From assembly GCA_964464145.1 (NCBI GenBank), contig CAYXFB010000001.1, forward strand, positions 55,132 to 119,131: DNA of 64,000 nucleotides, given 5' to 3'. The stretch is from an uncultured Christensenella sp. GTDB lineage: Bacteria > Bacillota > Clostridia > Christensenellales > Christensenellaceae. Under the pieces are notes generated by a model. The model ran no database searches and was not told where the DNA came from. It saw only the letters and a list, made by a program, of their open reading frames with translations. Shown here piece by piece: positions 43,628-52,970 of this stretch (positions are counted from its first letter, which is position 1; each line of letters opens with the position of its first letter). The translations under genes and the position numbers were made by a program.

Positions 43628-43788
43628 AGGCAATACCACACAAATGAGAGTAACCGGAATCGTGATGATTTTTTGCGCTATGCAAGGACAAAAGCGCAAG
43701 AATAGCAGAGCTATTTCGAGCACTTTGGACGAAGCATCGCACAAAAAAGCGCGCGATTACGGCTTGCCCTGTTTGTGCGGTGTTGCCT
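43628..43788. repeat. 161-bp TIR-bearing imperfect-palindromic element, copy B (inverted relative to copy A)
   Basis: 147/161 identical to the reverse complement of 16690-16850. TIR aggcaataccacacaa / ttgtgcggtgttgcct. Flanked by TA on both sides. Confidence 0.85.
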
Positions 43789-43844
43789 TATATACAATTC
43801 ATAATATAAACCCAAAAGCGCGGCCTTAGTCACGATAAAGTATA

Positions 43845-44177
43845 TTATTGCTCCGCTTCGCCAAAAATGCGCGGCGCGCCCATCGCTTCGTCCACGGGCA
43901 GCGAAAAAGACATGCCGCGCCCGGGCGTGGTGAGCCCCGCGCCCTTGCACACCGCCTTCATTATTTCGCACTTTTGCTCCGCCGCCACCAGCGTCAGCAC
44001 CACTTCCTTTTCCGGCTCTATGGTTATGCCGAAAAACTTTTGCGCTTCGTGCGCGCCCGTACCCCGCGCGTACAGCACCGTTCCGCCGCCCGCGCCCGCT
44101 CGTCGTGCCGATTCCACAACGTCGTCCGCAAAGCCGCGGTTCACTATTGTCACTACAAGCTCAAATCCGCCCTTCAT
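43845..44177 (-). CDS. P-II-like signal-transduction protein (paralogue B)
   Basis: 110 aa with a beta-alpha-beta-beta-alpha-beta P-II-like pattern (ELVVTIVNRG...VVLTLV...GMSFSLPV). RBS GAGGTG. Confidence 0.75.
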   Translation of the reverse strand: MKGGFELVVTIVNRGFADDVVESARRAGAGGGTVLYARGTGAHEAQKFFGITIEPEKEVVLTLVAAEQKCEIMKAVCKGAGLTTPGRGMSFSLPVDEAMGAPRIFGEAEQ

Positions 44178-44189
44178 TTCGTTCACCTC

Positions 44190-44314
44190 ATGTAATACTG
44201 ATATCAAAAGCAATACTTTTAATTTGATGACGCCTCGCTTTGCAAGGCTAATGTTCTGCGCTAAACGGCGCAGAACTCGTCTGTCATCCCATAAGTGCTT
44301 CGCACTATAAAAAA
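44190..44314. repeat. 125-bp intergenic repeat, copy 2
   Basis: Occupies essentially the whole spacer between the stop of P-II-A (44315) and the RBS of P-II-B. Confidence 0.85.
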
Positions 44315-44701
44315 TCATTCGGGCTGCTCCGCGCCCGATATAAATTGCAGCGTCATGGGCCCGCCCACGCTGGATATGGGTATTGTGAAGGCTATGCCTC
44401 CGCCCGGCTGATCCAGCTCCAGCTCTGCCCGCAGCGCCTCCATCATGCCGGGCAGGTGTTCCTCTGCCGCCACGCTGAGCACAATATCCTTCTTGCTTTC
44501 GCCCAGCCCCAATATATCCATTATCTCCGAATTGGCCGTGCCCCTCCCCATGAAGGACAGGTGAAAATCGCTTCCCTCGCGCGTACACAGCTCTACTACC
44601 CGCTGCCCAAGCCCTCTGTCCACAATGGTGACCAAAATTTTCACGCGCCTTTTAGATACATTGCGCGTACAAATGTTCACGCCCTCCGGTGACCTCTCCA
44701 T
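44315..44701 (-). CDS. P-II-like signal-transduction protein (paralogue A)
   Basis: KILVTIVDRGLGQRVVEL...IVLSVAAEEH...GIAFTIPI. The start is uncertain; ATG 44701 was chosen because GAGG lies 9 nt upstream. Confidence 0.7.
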   Translation of the reverse strand: MERSPEGVNICTRNVSKRRVKILVTIVDRGLGQRVVELCTREGSDFHLSFMGRGTANSEIMDILGLGESKKDIVLSVAAEEHLPGMMEALRAELELDQPGGGIAFTIPISSVGGPMTLQFISGAEQPE

Positions 44702-44792
44702 CTCACTAAACCTCACACAAAAAATGCTGCGCTCCACTACGCGCCTTCTATACTACCGCTGCAAGCCGCATAATGCAATACTATAAAAAATA

Positions 44793-46373
44793 TCACATTT
44801 CTATTATATCGTCCTCTGTCTCGCGAACGGCAGCCGCAAGCTCCTCGCCCAGCTCCAATGCCTCCGCGCCCTCCGCGCTGCGCAGCTTGAGCTTGTACAC
44901 CAGCCCCAAAAGCTGTATGGTTACAAGCGGCGTCATCGCCACCATTGCCACCAGCCCGAACGCGTCCGTGAGTATATTCCCGCCCACGGAGGCGCAGGCG
45001 CCCATCGCAAAGGGCAGCAAAAAGGTGGCCGTCATAGGGCCGGAGGCCACGCCGCCCGAATCGAAGGCTATGGCGGTGAACACCTTGGGCACGAAGAAGG
45101 TGAGAACAAGCGCCAGCGCGTAGCCGGGCAGTATGAACCACCATATGGATATGCCCGTGAGCACGCGCAGCATGGAAAGCCCCACCGAGGCCGCCACACC
45201 CACAGAAAGGCTTATCAGCATGGAGCGCTTGCTGATGGCCCCCACGGTGATCTCCTCCACCTGTTCGTTCAAAACGTGCACGGCAGGCTCCGCCATCACC
45301 ACGAAAAAGCCCATCAAAGCGCCCAGCGGCACCAATATCCAGCTATATTCCAGTCCGCCTATCATCTGACCCATGTAGTTTCCCACGGGCATGAAGCCCA
45401 CATTCACACCCGTCATGAAAAGCGCGAGGCCAAGGTATGTGTATAAAAGCCCCACGGATATCCTCAATATCTGGCTGCGCGGCAGCTTCAGGTATACGAG
45501 CTGGAAGATCACGAAGAAAGCCACAATGGGCAGCAGCGCAATGCCCACCTCCTTCAAATATCTTGGGAAGCCCGCCGAAAAAGCGGCCAGCAGCTCGCCA
45601 AAGCCGGAAATGTTCACCGTTTCATGCGCCGCGCTCTGCGCTCCGGACGAGCCGAACAGCATGCCCAGCAGCATAACGGCCATAACCGGCCCTATGGAGC
45701 ACAGCGCCACCAGACCAAAGCTGTCGTCGCGGGAACTCTTGCCGCCGCGCACCGCCGCCACACCAATGCCGAGCGCCAGTATGAATGGCACAGTCATAGG
45801 CCCGGTGGTAACGCCGCCCGAATCGAAGGACATGGCCAAAAAATCCTTGGGCACGAAGGCCGCCAGCACAAAGAGCGCAATGTAGAATATTATGAGCAAT
45901 TTCGCTAGCTGTACCTGAAAAACGATGCGCAGCAGCGCCAGCACAAGGAACAGCCCCACGCCCAGCGCCACCGCCAGTATGAGCGTCATGGAGGGCACGG
46001 AGGCCACCTGCTCCGCCAGCACCTGAAGATCGGGTTCGGCTATTGTTATTATAACGCCTATGAGGAAGGACACGCCCACCAGCAGCAGCAGCTTGCGGGA
46101 TTTTGTGAGCTGGGAGCCTATGCTCTCGCCCATGGGCATCATGGACATATCCGCCCCCAGCGTGAAAAGCCCCATGCCCAGTATTAGAAGCACGGCGCCG
46201 CCAACGAAGAGCGCAACGGTGCCCGCCGGCATGGGCGCCACCGTAAAATTCAGTATTAGGACAATTATGGAAATCGGCAGCACGGAAGTAAGCGATTCGC
46301 GCACCTTTACGAGCAGGTTCCTGCCCACCGCACTTCGTTTTTCTCTATGCTTTTTTGCGCGCGTCTCCGCCAA
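44793..46373 (-). CDS. permease made of two fused DUF1538 repeats
   Basis: Two homologous halves each carry FDSGGV(T/A)(T/S)GPMT and AEP(D/A) motifs, with about 12 TM segments. Probable TTG start 7 nt after GGAGG (the ORF track starts at 46403). Confidence 0.75.
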   Translation of the reverse strand: MAETRAKKHREKRSAVGRNLLVKVRESLTSVLPISIIVLILNFTVAPMPAGTVALFVGGAVLLILGMGLFTLGADMSMMPMGESIGSQLTKSRKLLLLVGVSFLIGVIITIAEPDLQVLAEQVASVPSMTLILAVALGVGLFLVLALLRIVFQVQLAKLLIIFYIALFVLAAFVPKDFLAMSFDSGGVTTGPMTVPFILALGIGVAAVRGGKSSRDDSFGLVALCSIGPVMAVMLLGMLFGSSGAQSAAHETVNISGFGELLAAFSAGFPRYLKEVGIALLPIVAFFVIFQLVYLKLPRSQILRISVGLLYTYLGLALFMTGVNVGFMPVGNYMGQMIGGLEYSWILVPLGALMGFFVVMAEPAVHVLNEQVEEITVGAISKRSMLISLSVGVAASVGLSMLRVLTGISIWWFILPGYALALVLTFFVPKVFTAIAFDSGGVASGPMTATFLLPFAMGACASVGGNILTDAFGLVAMVAMTPLVTIQLLGLVYKLKLRSAEGAEALELGEELAAAVRETEDDIIEM

Positions 46374-46430
46374 TGCACTTCCTCCCCTTCGAATATTATA
46401 CAAAAAAAGTATAACAAAATAACCGCCGCG

Positions 46431-46460
46431 TTGTCAAAAGTCTTGCGCCGATGGTATACT
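46431..46460 (+). promoter_or_regulatory. sigma-70-type promoter with extended -10
   Basis: TTGTCA, 18-nt spacer, TGgTATACT. Confidence 0.5.
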
Positions 46461-46479
46461 ACCAACGGAGGATGGAGCG

Positions 46480-47388
46480 TTGACGGGGAAGAATGGTATT
46501 GGTATAAACTATATCTGCATAATAGCGGCGGGCGTTATGTGGGGCATAATAGGCATATTCGTGCGCTATTTTTCCGGCGTTGGGCTTTCGCCCATGCAAA
46601 TGGTAGCCGCGCGCGCCTATGTTTCCGCCGCGCTGCTCGTGGCTTTTCTGCTCATAACAAATCGTTCACTGCTCAAGATACGCCTTCGCGATATCTGGTA
46701 TTTCATAGGCACGGGCATAATAAGCTTCGTGCTGTTCAATTTTTGCTATTTTACGGCCATAGGAATGGCCTCGCTCTCCGTGGCCGCCGTGCTGCTCTAC
46801 ACCGCGCCCATATTCGTGACGCTTATGTCCGCACTCTTTTTCAAAGAAAAGCTCACGGGCAGAAAGGCGGCCGCGCTGGCGCTGGCCTTCTTCGGCTGTG
46901 TGCTGGTGACGGGCGTGCTGGGCGGAGCCAATGCCGCCGCCGGCGCGGGCATTTTCTTCGGCGTGGCTTCCGGCTTTTTATACGCGCTGTACAGCATATT
47001 CGGTAGGGTGGCGCTAAAGCGTTACCATCCGCTCACCGTTACCGCCTACACATTCATATTCGCCTCCATAGGCGTAACTCCGCTGGCGGGGCTGGGCGAT
47101 GCCGGCGCGGTATCGGCCGGCGCTTCGCTGCTGCCGCTGCTCCTGCTGTTCGGCGTTATATCCGGGCTGCTGCCCTACGCGCTGTATACAAAGGGGCTTT
47201 CGGGCGTGGAGCCCGGCCGCGCCTCCATAATGGCTTCGGTGGAGCCCGTTGTGGCCACGCTCACGGGAGTTGTTTGCTTCGGCGAGGCGCTGGAGCCCGC
47301 AGGCATAGCGGGCATCGCAGCCTTGGTTATCGCGCTTGTTGTACTGAATACGGGTAAAGCGTTCAAAAACACGGACAAATGCGGTTGA
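46480..47388 (+). CDS. EamA/DMT-family transporter
   Basis: 10-TM pattern with two EamA-like halves. TTG start 8 nt after GGAGG. Confidence 0.8.
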   Translation: MTGKNGIGINYICIIAAGVMWGIIGIFVRYFSGVGLSPMQMVAARAYVSAALLVAFLLITNRSLLKIRLRDIWYFIGTGIISFVLFNFCYFTAIGMASLSVAAVLLYTAPIFVTLMSALFFKEKLTGRKAAALALAFFGCVLVTGVLGGANAAAGAGIFFGVASGFLYALYSIFGRVALKRYHPLTVTAYTFIFASIGVTPLAGLGDAGAVSAGASLLPLLLLFGVISGLLPYALYTKGLSGVEPGRASIMASVEPVVATLTGVVCFGEALEPAGIAGIAALVIALVVLNTGKAFKNTDKCG

Positions 47389-47529
47389 TTTTCCGTTTGC
47401 TTCTCATTTTGCAAAAATATACGCCCAACCGTAAGAAAAAGCTATAATAAGCGGTATTTCGCTTGCATTTGTACCCAAACAAATGTAAAATAATAGTATC
47501 AATATTTATTCATCGGAGTTGAAAATATT

Positions 47530-48678
47530 ATGCGCAAAACAGTGATCTGCTTGGTGCTTGTCGTATGCGTGCTGGCAGCGTGCAGCTTTACCGCTTCTGA
47601 GGACATCCCGGACGGCTTTGGCACGCTATTTCGCAACATTTTTAATATCGTTGGCGTAAACACGGAGTCCGGCGCCCAAGCCGCGCCAGCGCCAGCGTCT
47701 ACCTACCAGCCGCCGAGTAAACCTTTGGGCGAGGACATAATGGACGGCATGAGCACGCTGTTTCGCAATGTGTTCAAAATAGTTGGCGTGAAAACGAGCG
47801 AGGGCCCTGTTCCCATACCCTCCCCCACGCCCGAACCTACGCCGGCACCCACACCCGATTCCACACCGGCACCCACGCCCGAGCCTACGCCCAGCCCCAC
47901 ACCAGAGCCAACCCCCACGCCCATCCCAACTCCCGAGCCCACACCCACGCCAGAACCCGTGCCCGCGAAATACAGCATGGCCTGGGCGGAAAAGTATGCG
48001 CCCGGTTCCTGCGCATCCTATGAAGAGCAGGTGGGAGACAACGGCGTGTATATAGACGAGCAAAACCAGCTACGACCGCCCGAGGGCAAATATAAGCTGG
48101 TGGTGGACTATTACAATCAGGCGGTATGGGCCTATTCGAAGGACGAGGCGGGCAACTACACCGTGCTTGAGCGCATAATGATCTGCACAACGGGCGGCAA
48201 CGGAAACTGGACGCCCGAGGGCAAATATACAATGGATGATGACTATAAGCGTTTCGGCTACTTCCCCAGCTTCAATTGCTACGCGCAATATTGGTCGCAA
48301 ATGGTGGGGAATTTCTATTTTCATTCCGTACTGTACTCAGAGCGTGACGCGTCCACGCTGAGCAAGAGCTCTTACAAAAATTTGGGTACGCCCGGCTCCC
48401 ACGGCTGCATACGCCTGCTGGTGCCGGACGCCCGCTGGATATACGAAAACTGTGCGCCGGGCACGCCCTGCGAGGTGACGACGGACATAAAGAAAGACGA
48501 ACGGCTCAAAAAGGTGCTGAAGCTTGGCATAGAGGGCGCATCAGACTATGTTGACCCCGAGGCCACACCCTCGCCCGAGCCGGAGCCGACACCCTCGCCC
48601 GATACGGAGCCTTCGCCCGAGCCCGAGCCAACACCGGATACGGAGCCGGAAGCAACGCCCGCTCCCCCCGCGGAATAA
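47530..48678 (+). CDS. L,D-transpeptidase (YkuD domain) lipoprotein with Pro/Thr-rich linkers
   Basis: Lipobox LAAC, catalytic motif [10 protein letters not shown]-rich tracts at 47806-47964 and 48559-48675. Confidence 0.88.
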   Translation: MRKTVICLVLVVCVLAACSFTASEDIPDGFGTLFRNIFNIVGVNTESGAQAAPAPASTYQPPSKPLGEDIMDGMSTLFRNVFKIVGVKTSEGPVPIPSPTPEPTPAPTPDSTPAPTPEPTPSPTPEPTPTPIPTPEPTPTPEPVPAKYSMAWAEKYAPGSCASYEEQVGDNGVYIDEQNQLRPPEGKYKLVVDYYNQAVWAYSKDEAGNYTVLERIMICTTGGNGNWTPEGKYTMDDDYKRFGYFPSFNCYAQYWSQMVGNFYFHSVLYSERDASTLSKSSYKNLGTPGSHGCIRLLVPDARWIYENCAPGTPCEVTTDIKKDERLKKVLKLGIEGASDYVDPEATPSPEPEPTPSPDTEPSPEPEPTPDTEPEATPAPPAE

Positions 48679-48694
48679 GAAAATCAGTAAAGCA

Positions 48695-48724
48695 AAGCGG
48701 GCGCCGTATCGCGCCCGCTTTTTT
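48695..48724. terminator. bidirectional intrinsic terminator
   Basis: aagcgggcgc / gcgcccgctt perfect 10-bp stem followed by T6. Confidence 0.8.
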
Positions 48725-48746
48725 GTTGCGTGAACCAAATTCTCGA

Positions 48747-49682
48747 TCAACCCATTATTATTCTTGTACCGCTCTGCCCCTTGAGCGCCAGCTCCGCTAG
48801 CTCCAGCGAGCCTATTATGGCCTTTCTGCCTGCCTTGCTCCCCGCGAACAGGCAAGCCGCCTGCACCTTGGGCAGCATGCTTCCCGGCGCGAACTGCCCC
48901 GCCTCCGCGTAAGCCTCCGCCTGCGAGATGGTCATTTCGGATATATCCTCCTGATCGGGCTTGCCGAAGTTCACGGCCACCCTGTCCACCGCCGTGAGTA
49001 TGAATAGATATTCCGCGTCCACGAGCTCGGCCAGCTTTTCGGCCGCGAAATCCTTATCCACCACGGCCGCCACACCCTTGTAGCCCTGCTCAGTTTTCAC
49101 AACGGGTATGCCGCCGCCGCCGCCCGCTATTATAACTTCGCGATCACGCATGAGTGTGGCCAGCGTTACGTGCTCGTATATGCTCACCGGCTTGGGCGAG
49201 GCCACCACCCTGCGCCAGCCGCGACCCGCGTCCTCCACATACTTGCAGCCCGTCTCCTCCATAAGCTTTTTAGCGGTAGCTTCGTCATAGTAGCCGCCTA
49301 TGGGCTTTGTGGGGTTTTTGAAGGCGGGGTCATCCGCATCCACGATCACCTGCGTAAGCATGGTTATTACGGGCGTTTCGTTGTCGCCGCGTTTCACCAG
49401 CTCCGCGTCTATGGCCTGCTGCAAATGATAGCCTATGTAGCCCTGGCTCATCGCCGTGCATTCGGCCAGGGGCATAAGCGGTGATATACCCGCCTCGTGC
49501 CCCTTTTCGAATACAAGATTTATCATCCCCACCTGTGGCCCGTTGCCGTGGCATATTATTATATCGTGACCGTCAATTATGAGCGGCGCCACCGCCTTGG
49601 CCGTGTTTTGCACCTTTTCAAGCTGCTCTGCGGGCGTGTTTCCAAGCGCGTTCCCGCCCAGCGCTATAACCATTCTGCTCAT
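48747..49682 (-). CDS. arcC: carbamate kinase
   Basis: MVIALGGNAL, HGNGPQVG, GGGGIPV. Confidence 0.93.
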   Translation of the reverse strand: MSRMVIALGGNALGNTPAEQLEKVQNTAKAVAPLIIDGHDIIICHGNGPQVGMINLVFEKGHEAGISPLMPLAECTAMSQGYIGYHLQQAIDAELVKRGDNETPVITMLTQVIVDADDPAFKNPTKPIGGYYDEATAKKLMEETGCKYVEDAGRGWRRVVASPKPVSIYEHVTLATLMRDREVIIAGGGGGIPVVKTEQGYKGVAAVVDKDFAAEKLAELVDAEYLFILTAVDRVAVNFGKPDQEDISEMTISQAEAYAEAGQFAPGSMLPKVQAACLFAGSKAGRKAIIGSLELAELALKGQSGTRIIMG

Positions 49683-49720
49683 TCAAACCTTCCTCCTTTG
49701 GCTTTGCTGCTATCGCAGTA

Positions 49721-51475
49721 TCAATCTCCAAATACTATATCGCCATTAGATATCGTGTATACCACCTCGGTATCGGATATCTTTTTGGGGTCTATTTTCA
49801 ATATGTCCTCTCCCAGCACCACCAGATCGGCTTTTTTGCCCACCTCTACTGTGCCAATCATATCTTCCATAAAGTTTTGATATGCCACGTTTTTGGTGTA
49901 TATCTCCAGCATCTGATATGCCGAAAGCCCCTGCTCCGGCCAGCGGTACATATCCGTATCCTCTTCCTTGGGATAGGGGCTGTTGCGCGTTACGCCCACC
50001 TCTATCTCCTCCAGCACGTTGTAGCCCGTCACCGGTGTATCGCTCGCGCCCGATACTATGCAGCCCGCCTCTATCATATCCTTAACAGGGTACATGGCCT
50101 TGGCGCGCTCTTCTCCTATGAACGCCGCCTCCAGCTCATACAGCGGATCTCCGTACATCCACAAAAATTGCAGCGCGTTCACTATTCCGAGGTCTGCGTT
50201 TATTTTTATATCGTCATGGGCTATGGCGCAAACGTGCGTCATGGTGTGGCGCAAACCGTCTGTTTTGTTGGCTTTTTTGGCCGCCGCGTAGGCGTTTTGC
50301 GTCTCGCGTACAGCGCCGTCGCCTATGGCGTGGGTGTGCACCTGTATGCCCTCCTTGTCGAGCGCGGCCACCATCGCGTCAAATTCCTTTTCGTCCCACA
50401 CAGGCTCGCCCTTCCAGCCATCGCCCTGTCCCGCTTCGGCGAGGTACGGCTCTATCATGACGGCCGTGCCGCTCTCCGTAACGCCGTCGTAAAACAGCTT
50501 TACCGTGCCCGTCTTTATCATGTCCGAATCCAGCTTGGCAAGCCCCTTCGTCTCCTTGACGGCCTGCTCCGGCGTGGTGCCGGGGTTCACCGTGTTAACA
50601 AGGCGCATGCGCAGCGCGAGGTCTCCGTCTCGCTCAAGCTTTGTATACAGCGCGGGATCCAGCGCAGGCAGCGAGGCCGCGCCCATTATGTTGGTTATAC
50701 CCGTTATGCCGAGGGAGTTCGCCTCCTCCTGAAAAGCCTCTATGGCCTCAAGATACATCTCATCCGTATACTCCGCCTTTATTTTATCCGTAACAAGATT
50801 CATTGCCGAGTCTGTAAGAAAGCCGGTAGGCTCACCCTTTTCGTCCTTCGTTATTATGCCACCGGTGGGGTTGGGCGTATCCTTAGTTATTCCCGCGATC
50901 TCAAGCGCCTTGGAATTCACCCAGGCAGAGTGGTAGGAGGTGTCGTTCACCACGATTGGCTTGTCTGCGCTTATTTTGTCAAGATCGGCTTTCTGCGGGC
51001 CGGGATTTGAGCCGTCCGCCTGCTGATAGGCGTTCAGCATGAAGGTGCCGCCCGTGTAGGCATCCATATCCGGGTTGGCTTTAACAAACTTTTCGATCGC
51101 CTTTAGATATTCCTCGTTTGTGGAAAGCCCTTCAAGGTTTATGGCGAAAAGGCGTTCCAGCCACATTCCCGGCCCGTGTATATGACCGTCCATAAAGCCG
51201 GGCGACACCATCTTGCCCTTGAGGTCTATCACATCGGTATCCTCGCCTATGTAGGCCTCCGCACCCTTGTCGTCTCCCACATATATTATTGTATCGCCCT
51301 TTATGGCAACCGCCTGCGCGCTGTCGCCCTCCTTCACCATCGTGTATACCACACCGTTTTTGAGCACGATATCGGCCTGCTCCATCGCGGCGGACGCGGG
51401 CAGCGCCGCCAGCAGCATCATGGCGGATAGAGTAAGGCAGACGGCCAATCTTAGCTTTCTTCCATGTTTTTTCAT
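49721..51475 (-). CDS. secreted amidohydrolase-family (Amidohydro_3-like) metallohydrolase
   Basis: Signal peptide (LLAALPASAAM), metal motif GFMDGHIHG, later HTHAIGD and ASDTPV. Confidence 0.8.
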   Translation of the reverse strand: MKKHGRKLRLAVCLTLSAMMLLAALPASAAMEQADIVLKNGVVYTMVKEGDSAQAVAIKGDTIIYVGDDKGAEAYIGEDTDVIDLKGKMVSPGFMDGHIHGPGMWLERLFAINLEGLSTNEEYLKAIEKFVKANPDMDAYTGGTFMLNAYQQADGSNPGPQKADLDKISADKPIVVNDTSYHSAWVNSKALEIAGITKDTPNPTGGIITKDEKGEPTGFLTDSAMNLVTDKIKAEYTDEMYLEAIEAFQEEANSLGITGITNIMGAASLPALDPALYTKLERDGDLALRMRLVNTVNPGTTPEQAVKETKGLAKLDSDMIKTGTVKLFYDGVTESGTAVMIEPYLAEAGQGDGWKGEPVWDEKEFDAMVAALDKEGIQVHTHAIGDGAVRETQNAYAAAKKANKTDGLRHTMTHVCAIAHDDIKINADLGIVNALQFLWMYGDPLYELEAAFIGEERAKAMYPVKDMIEAGCIVSGASDTPVTGYNVLEEIEVGVTRNSPYPKEEDTDMYRWPEQGLSAYQMLEIYTKNVAYQNFMEDMIGTVEVGKKADLVVLGEDILKIDPKKISDTEVVYTISNGDIVFGD

Positions 51476-51714
51476 GCGTATTTTCTCCTATAATATGTTG
51501 CAATATATTGCCGCATTTCCGGCAAAAACAAAACCTCGCGCATTTCGCCCAATGAAATACGTTTTACAATAAGAGACCCTCCTTCGCCCGTTCCGCTGCC
51601 CACTCAATTGAAAACCTGAGCATAGGCCGTCTCCCGCGGCGCGTTACGCGCCATATCGATTTTTTAGTGGTAATGTGCGATTTGAATTATATTCGGGAAG
51701 TTTTGGCAGTTTAT

Positions 51715-51741
51715 CCGGCGCGCCATCTATCGGCGCGCCGG
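51715..51741. other. perfect 10-bp GC stem-loop in the aguA-amidohydrolase spacer
   Basis: ccggcgcgcc-atctatc-ggcgcgccgg, extended by ggcag (51705-51709) / ctgcc (51744-51748). No U-tract. Confidence 0.5.
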
Positions 51742-51762
51742 GTCTGCCGGGGGATTTGGGGG

Positions 51763-52866
51763 TTATTTTTTGCCGGAGGGCTGCTGCTGCGTTATGCAGT
51801 GCACGTTTCCTCCGCCCAGCAGTATCTCACGCGCGTAAACCGTGGTGATCTCCCTACCGGGGAAAGCTTTTTTCAGCGTCTCAACGGCGCGCTCGTCGTT
51901 CGGGTCTCCGAAGGCGGGCAGCACTATGCCGCCGTTTGCTATGTAGAAATTCACATAAGAAGCGGCCAGCCGGTCACCCTCAAGGCGGGGCAGTGTGCCG
52001 TCGACAGCGTCCACACCCTCCTCCTCCTCTTTTGTGATGAGTATGGGGCTGGGCACGTACATCTTTGTGATCTCCAGCTTGCGTCCCTTGGCGTCCGTTT
52101 CGTTCTCCAGTATCTTCATGTTTTCGGCTGAAATGGCATACTGAGGGTCGCTTTCGTCATCAGTCCATGCTAAAAGCACCTTGCCCGGCTCTGTGAAGCA
52201 GCAGATATTGTCCACATGGCCGTTCGTCTCGTCAAGGTATATGCCGTTTTTCAGCCATATCACCTTTTCCGCGCCCATGTACTCGCACAGCATCTGGGTA
52301 ATCTCGTCCTTGGTCATGTCGGGGTTGCGCCCTTCTGACAGCAGGCACTCCTCCGTTGTGAGCACGGTGCCCTCGCCGTCGGAATGTATGGAGCCGCCCT
52401 CCAGCACGAACTCGGCCAGACGGTAGCCGGCCTTGCGCTCTATATCGCACATTTTGCGGGCGACCTCATCGTCCTTGTTCCAAGGGAAATACAGGCCGTC
52501 CACCAGACCGCCCCAGGCGTTGAAGCGCCAGTCCACACCGCGCACCTCGCCCGTTTTGTCATTCACAACGAAGGTAGCGCCGCAATCGCGTATCCACGAA
52601 TCATCGTTGCTCATTTCTATCACGCGGATCTCCGCGGGTATCATGCCGCGGCAGTTTTCATACTGATCCTCGTTCACCAGCATGGTCACCGGCTCAAACT
52701 TGTTTATTGCCTTGGCCACCTCCACAAAGGCTTTCTGCGCGGGCTTGCCGCCCATGCGCCAGTTATCCGGGCGCTGCGGCCATATCATCCAGCAGCCTTC
52801 GTGGTGCTCAAACTCGCCCGGCATCCTGAAACCGTCCTGTTTGGGGGTAGTGTTGTATACTTTCAT
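51763..52866 (-). CDS. aguA: agmatine deiminase
   Basis: [36 protein letters not shown] (catalytic Cys). Confidence 0.93.
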   Translation of the reverse strand: MKVYNTTPKQDGFRMPGEFEHHEGCWMIWPQRPDNWRMGGKPAQKAFVEVAKAINKFEPVTMLVNEDQYENCRGMIPAEIRVIEMSNDDSWIRDCGATFVVNDKTGEVRGVDWRFNAWGGLVDGLYFPWNKDDEVARKMCDIERKAGYRLAEFVLEGGSIHSDGEGTVLTTEECLLSEGRNPDMTKDEITQMLCEYMGAEKVIWLKNGIYLDETNGHVDNICCFTEPGKVLLAWTDDESDPQYAISAENMKILENETDAKGRKLEITKMYVPSPILITKEEEEGVDAVDGTLPRLEGDRLAASYVNFYIANGGIVLPAFGDPNDERAVETLKKAFPGREITTVYAREILLGGGNVHCITQQQPSGKK

Positions 52867-52922
52867 GGTATTTTACTCTCCTTTTTATATATTATTCTCA
52901 TTCTCTTAAATGTTTTATGTAG

Positions 52923-52959
52923 CTGCCTTGGAGCGCGGGGTTTTCCGCGCCCCCGGCAG
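52923..52959. other. GC-rich stem-loop in the antiporter-aguA spacer
   Basis: ctgcc ... gcgcgg-ggtttt-ccgcgc ... ggcag. Same GGCAG/CTGCC-clamped design as 51705-51748. Confidence 0.45.
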
Positions 52960-52970
52960 TCTTATCTTTG

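Noticed and set aside
44702-44792. Possible degenerate third copy of the 125-bp repeat between the DUF1538 gene and P-II-A (shares ttttttatagt right after the stop codon)
   Set aside because: Beyond the first 11 nt the similarity is patchy (gcattatgcgg vs gcacttatggg), and the central hairpin is not recoverable. The evidence is insufficient.
51540-51640. Glycine-riboswitch-like words (gggaga, ctcagg, cgaaggag) on the minus strand upstream of the amidohydrolase gene
   Set aside because: The order of the motifs is wrong for a glycine aptamer, and no tandem architecture or P1 consistent with the family could be drawn.
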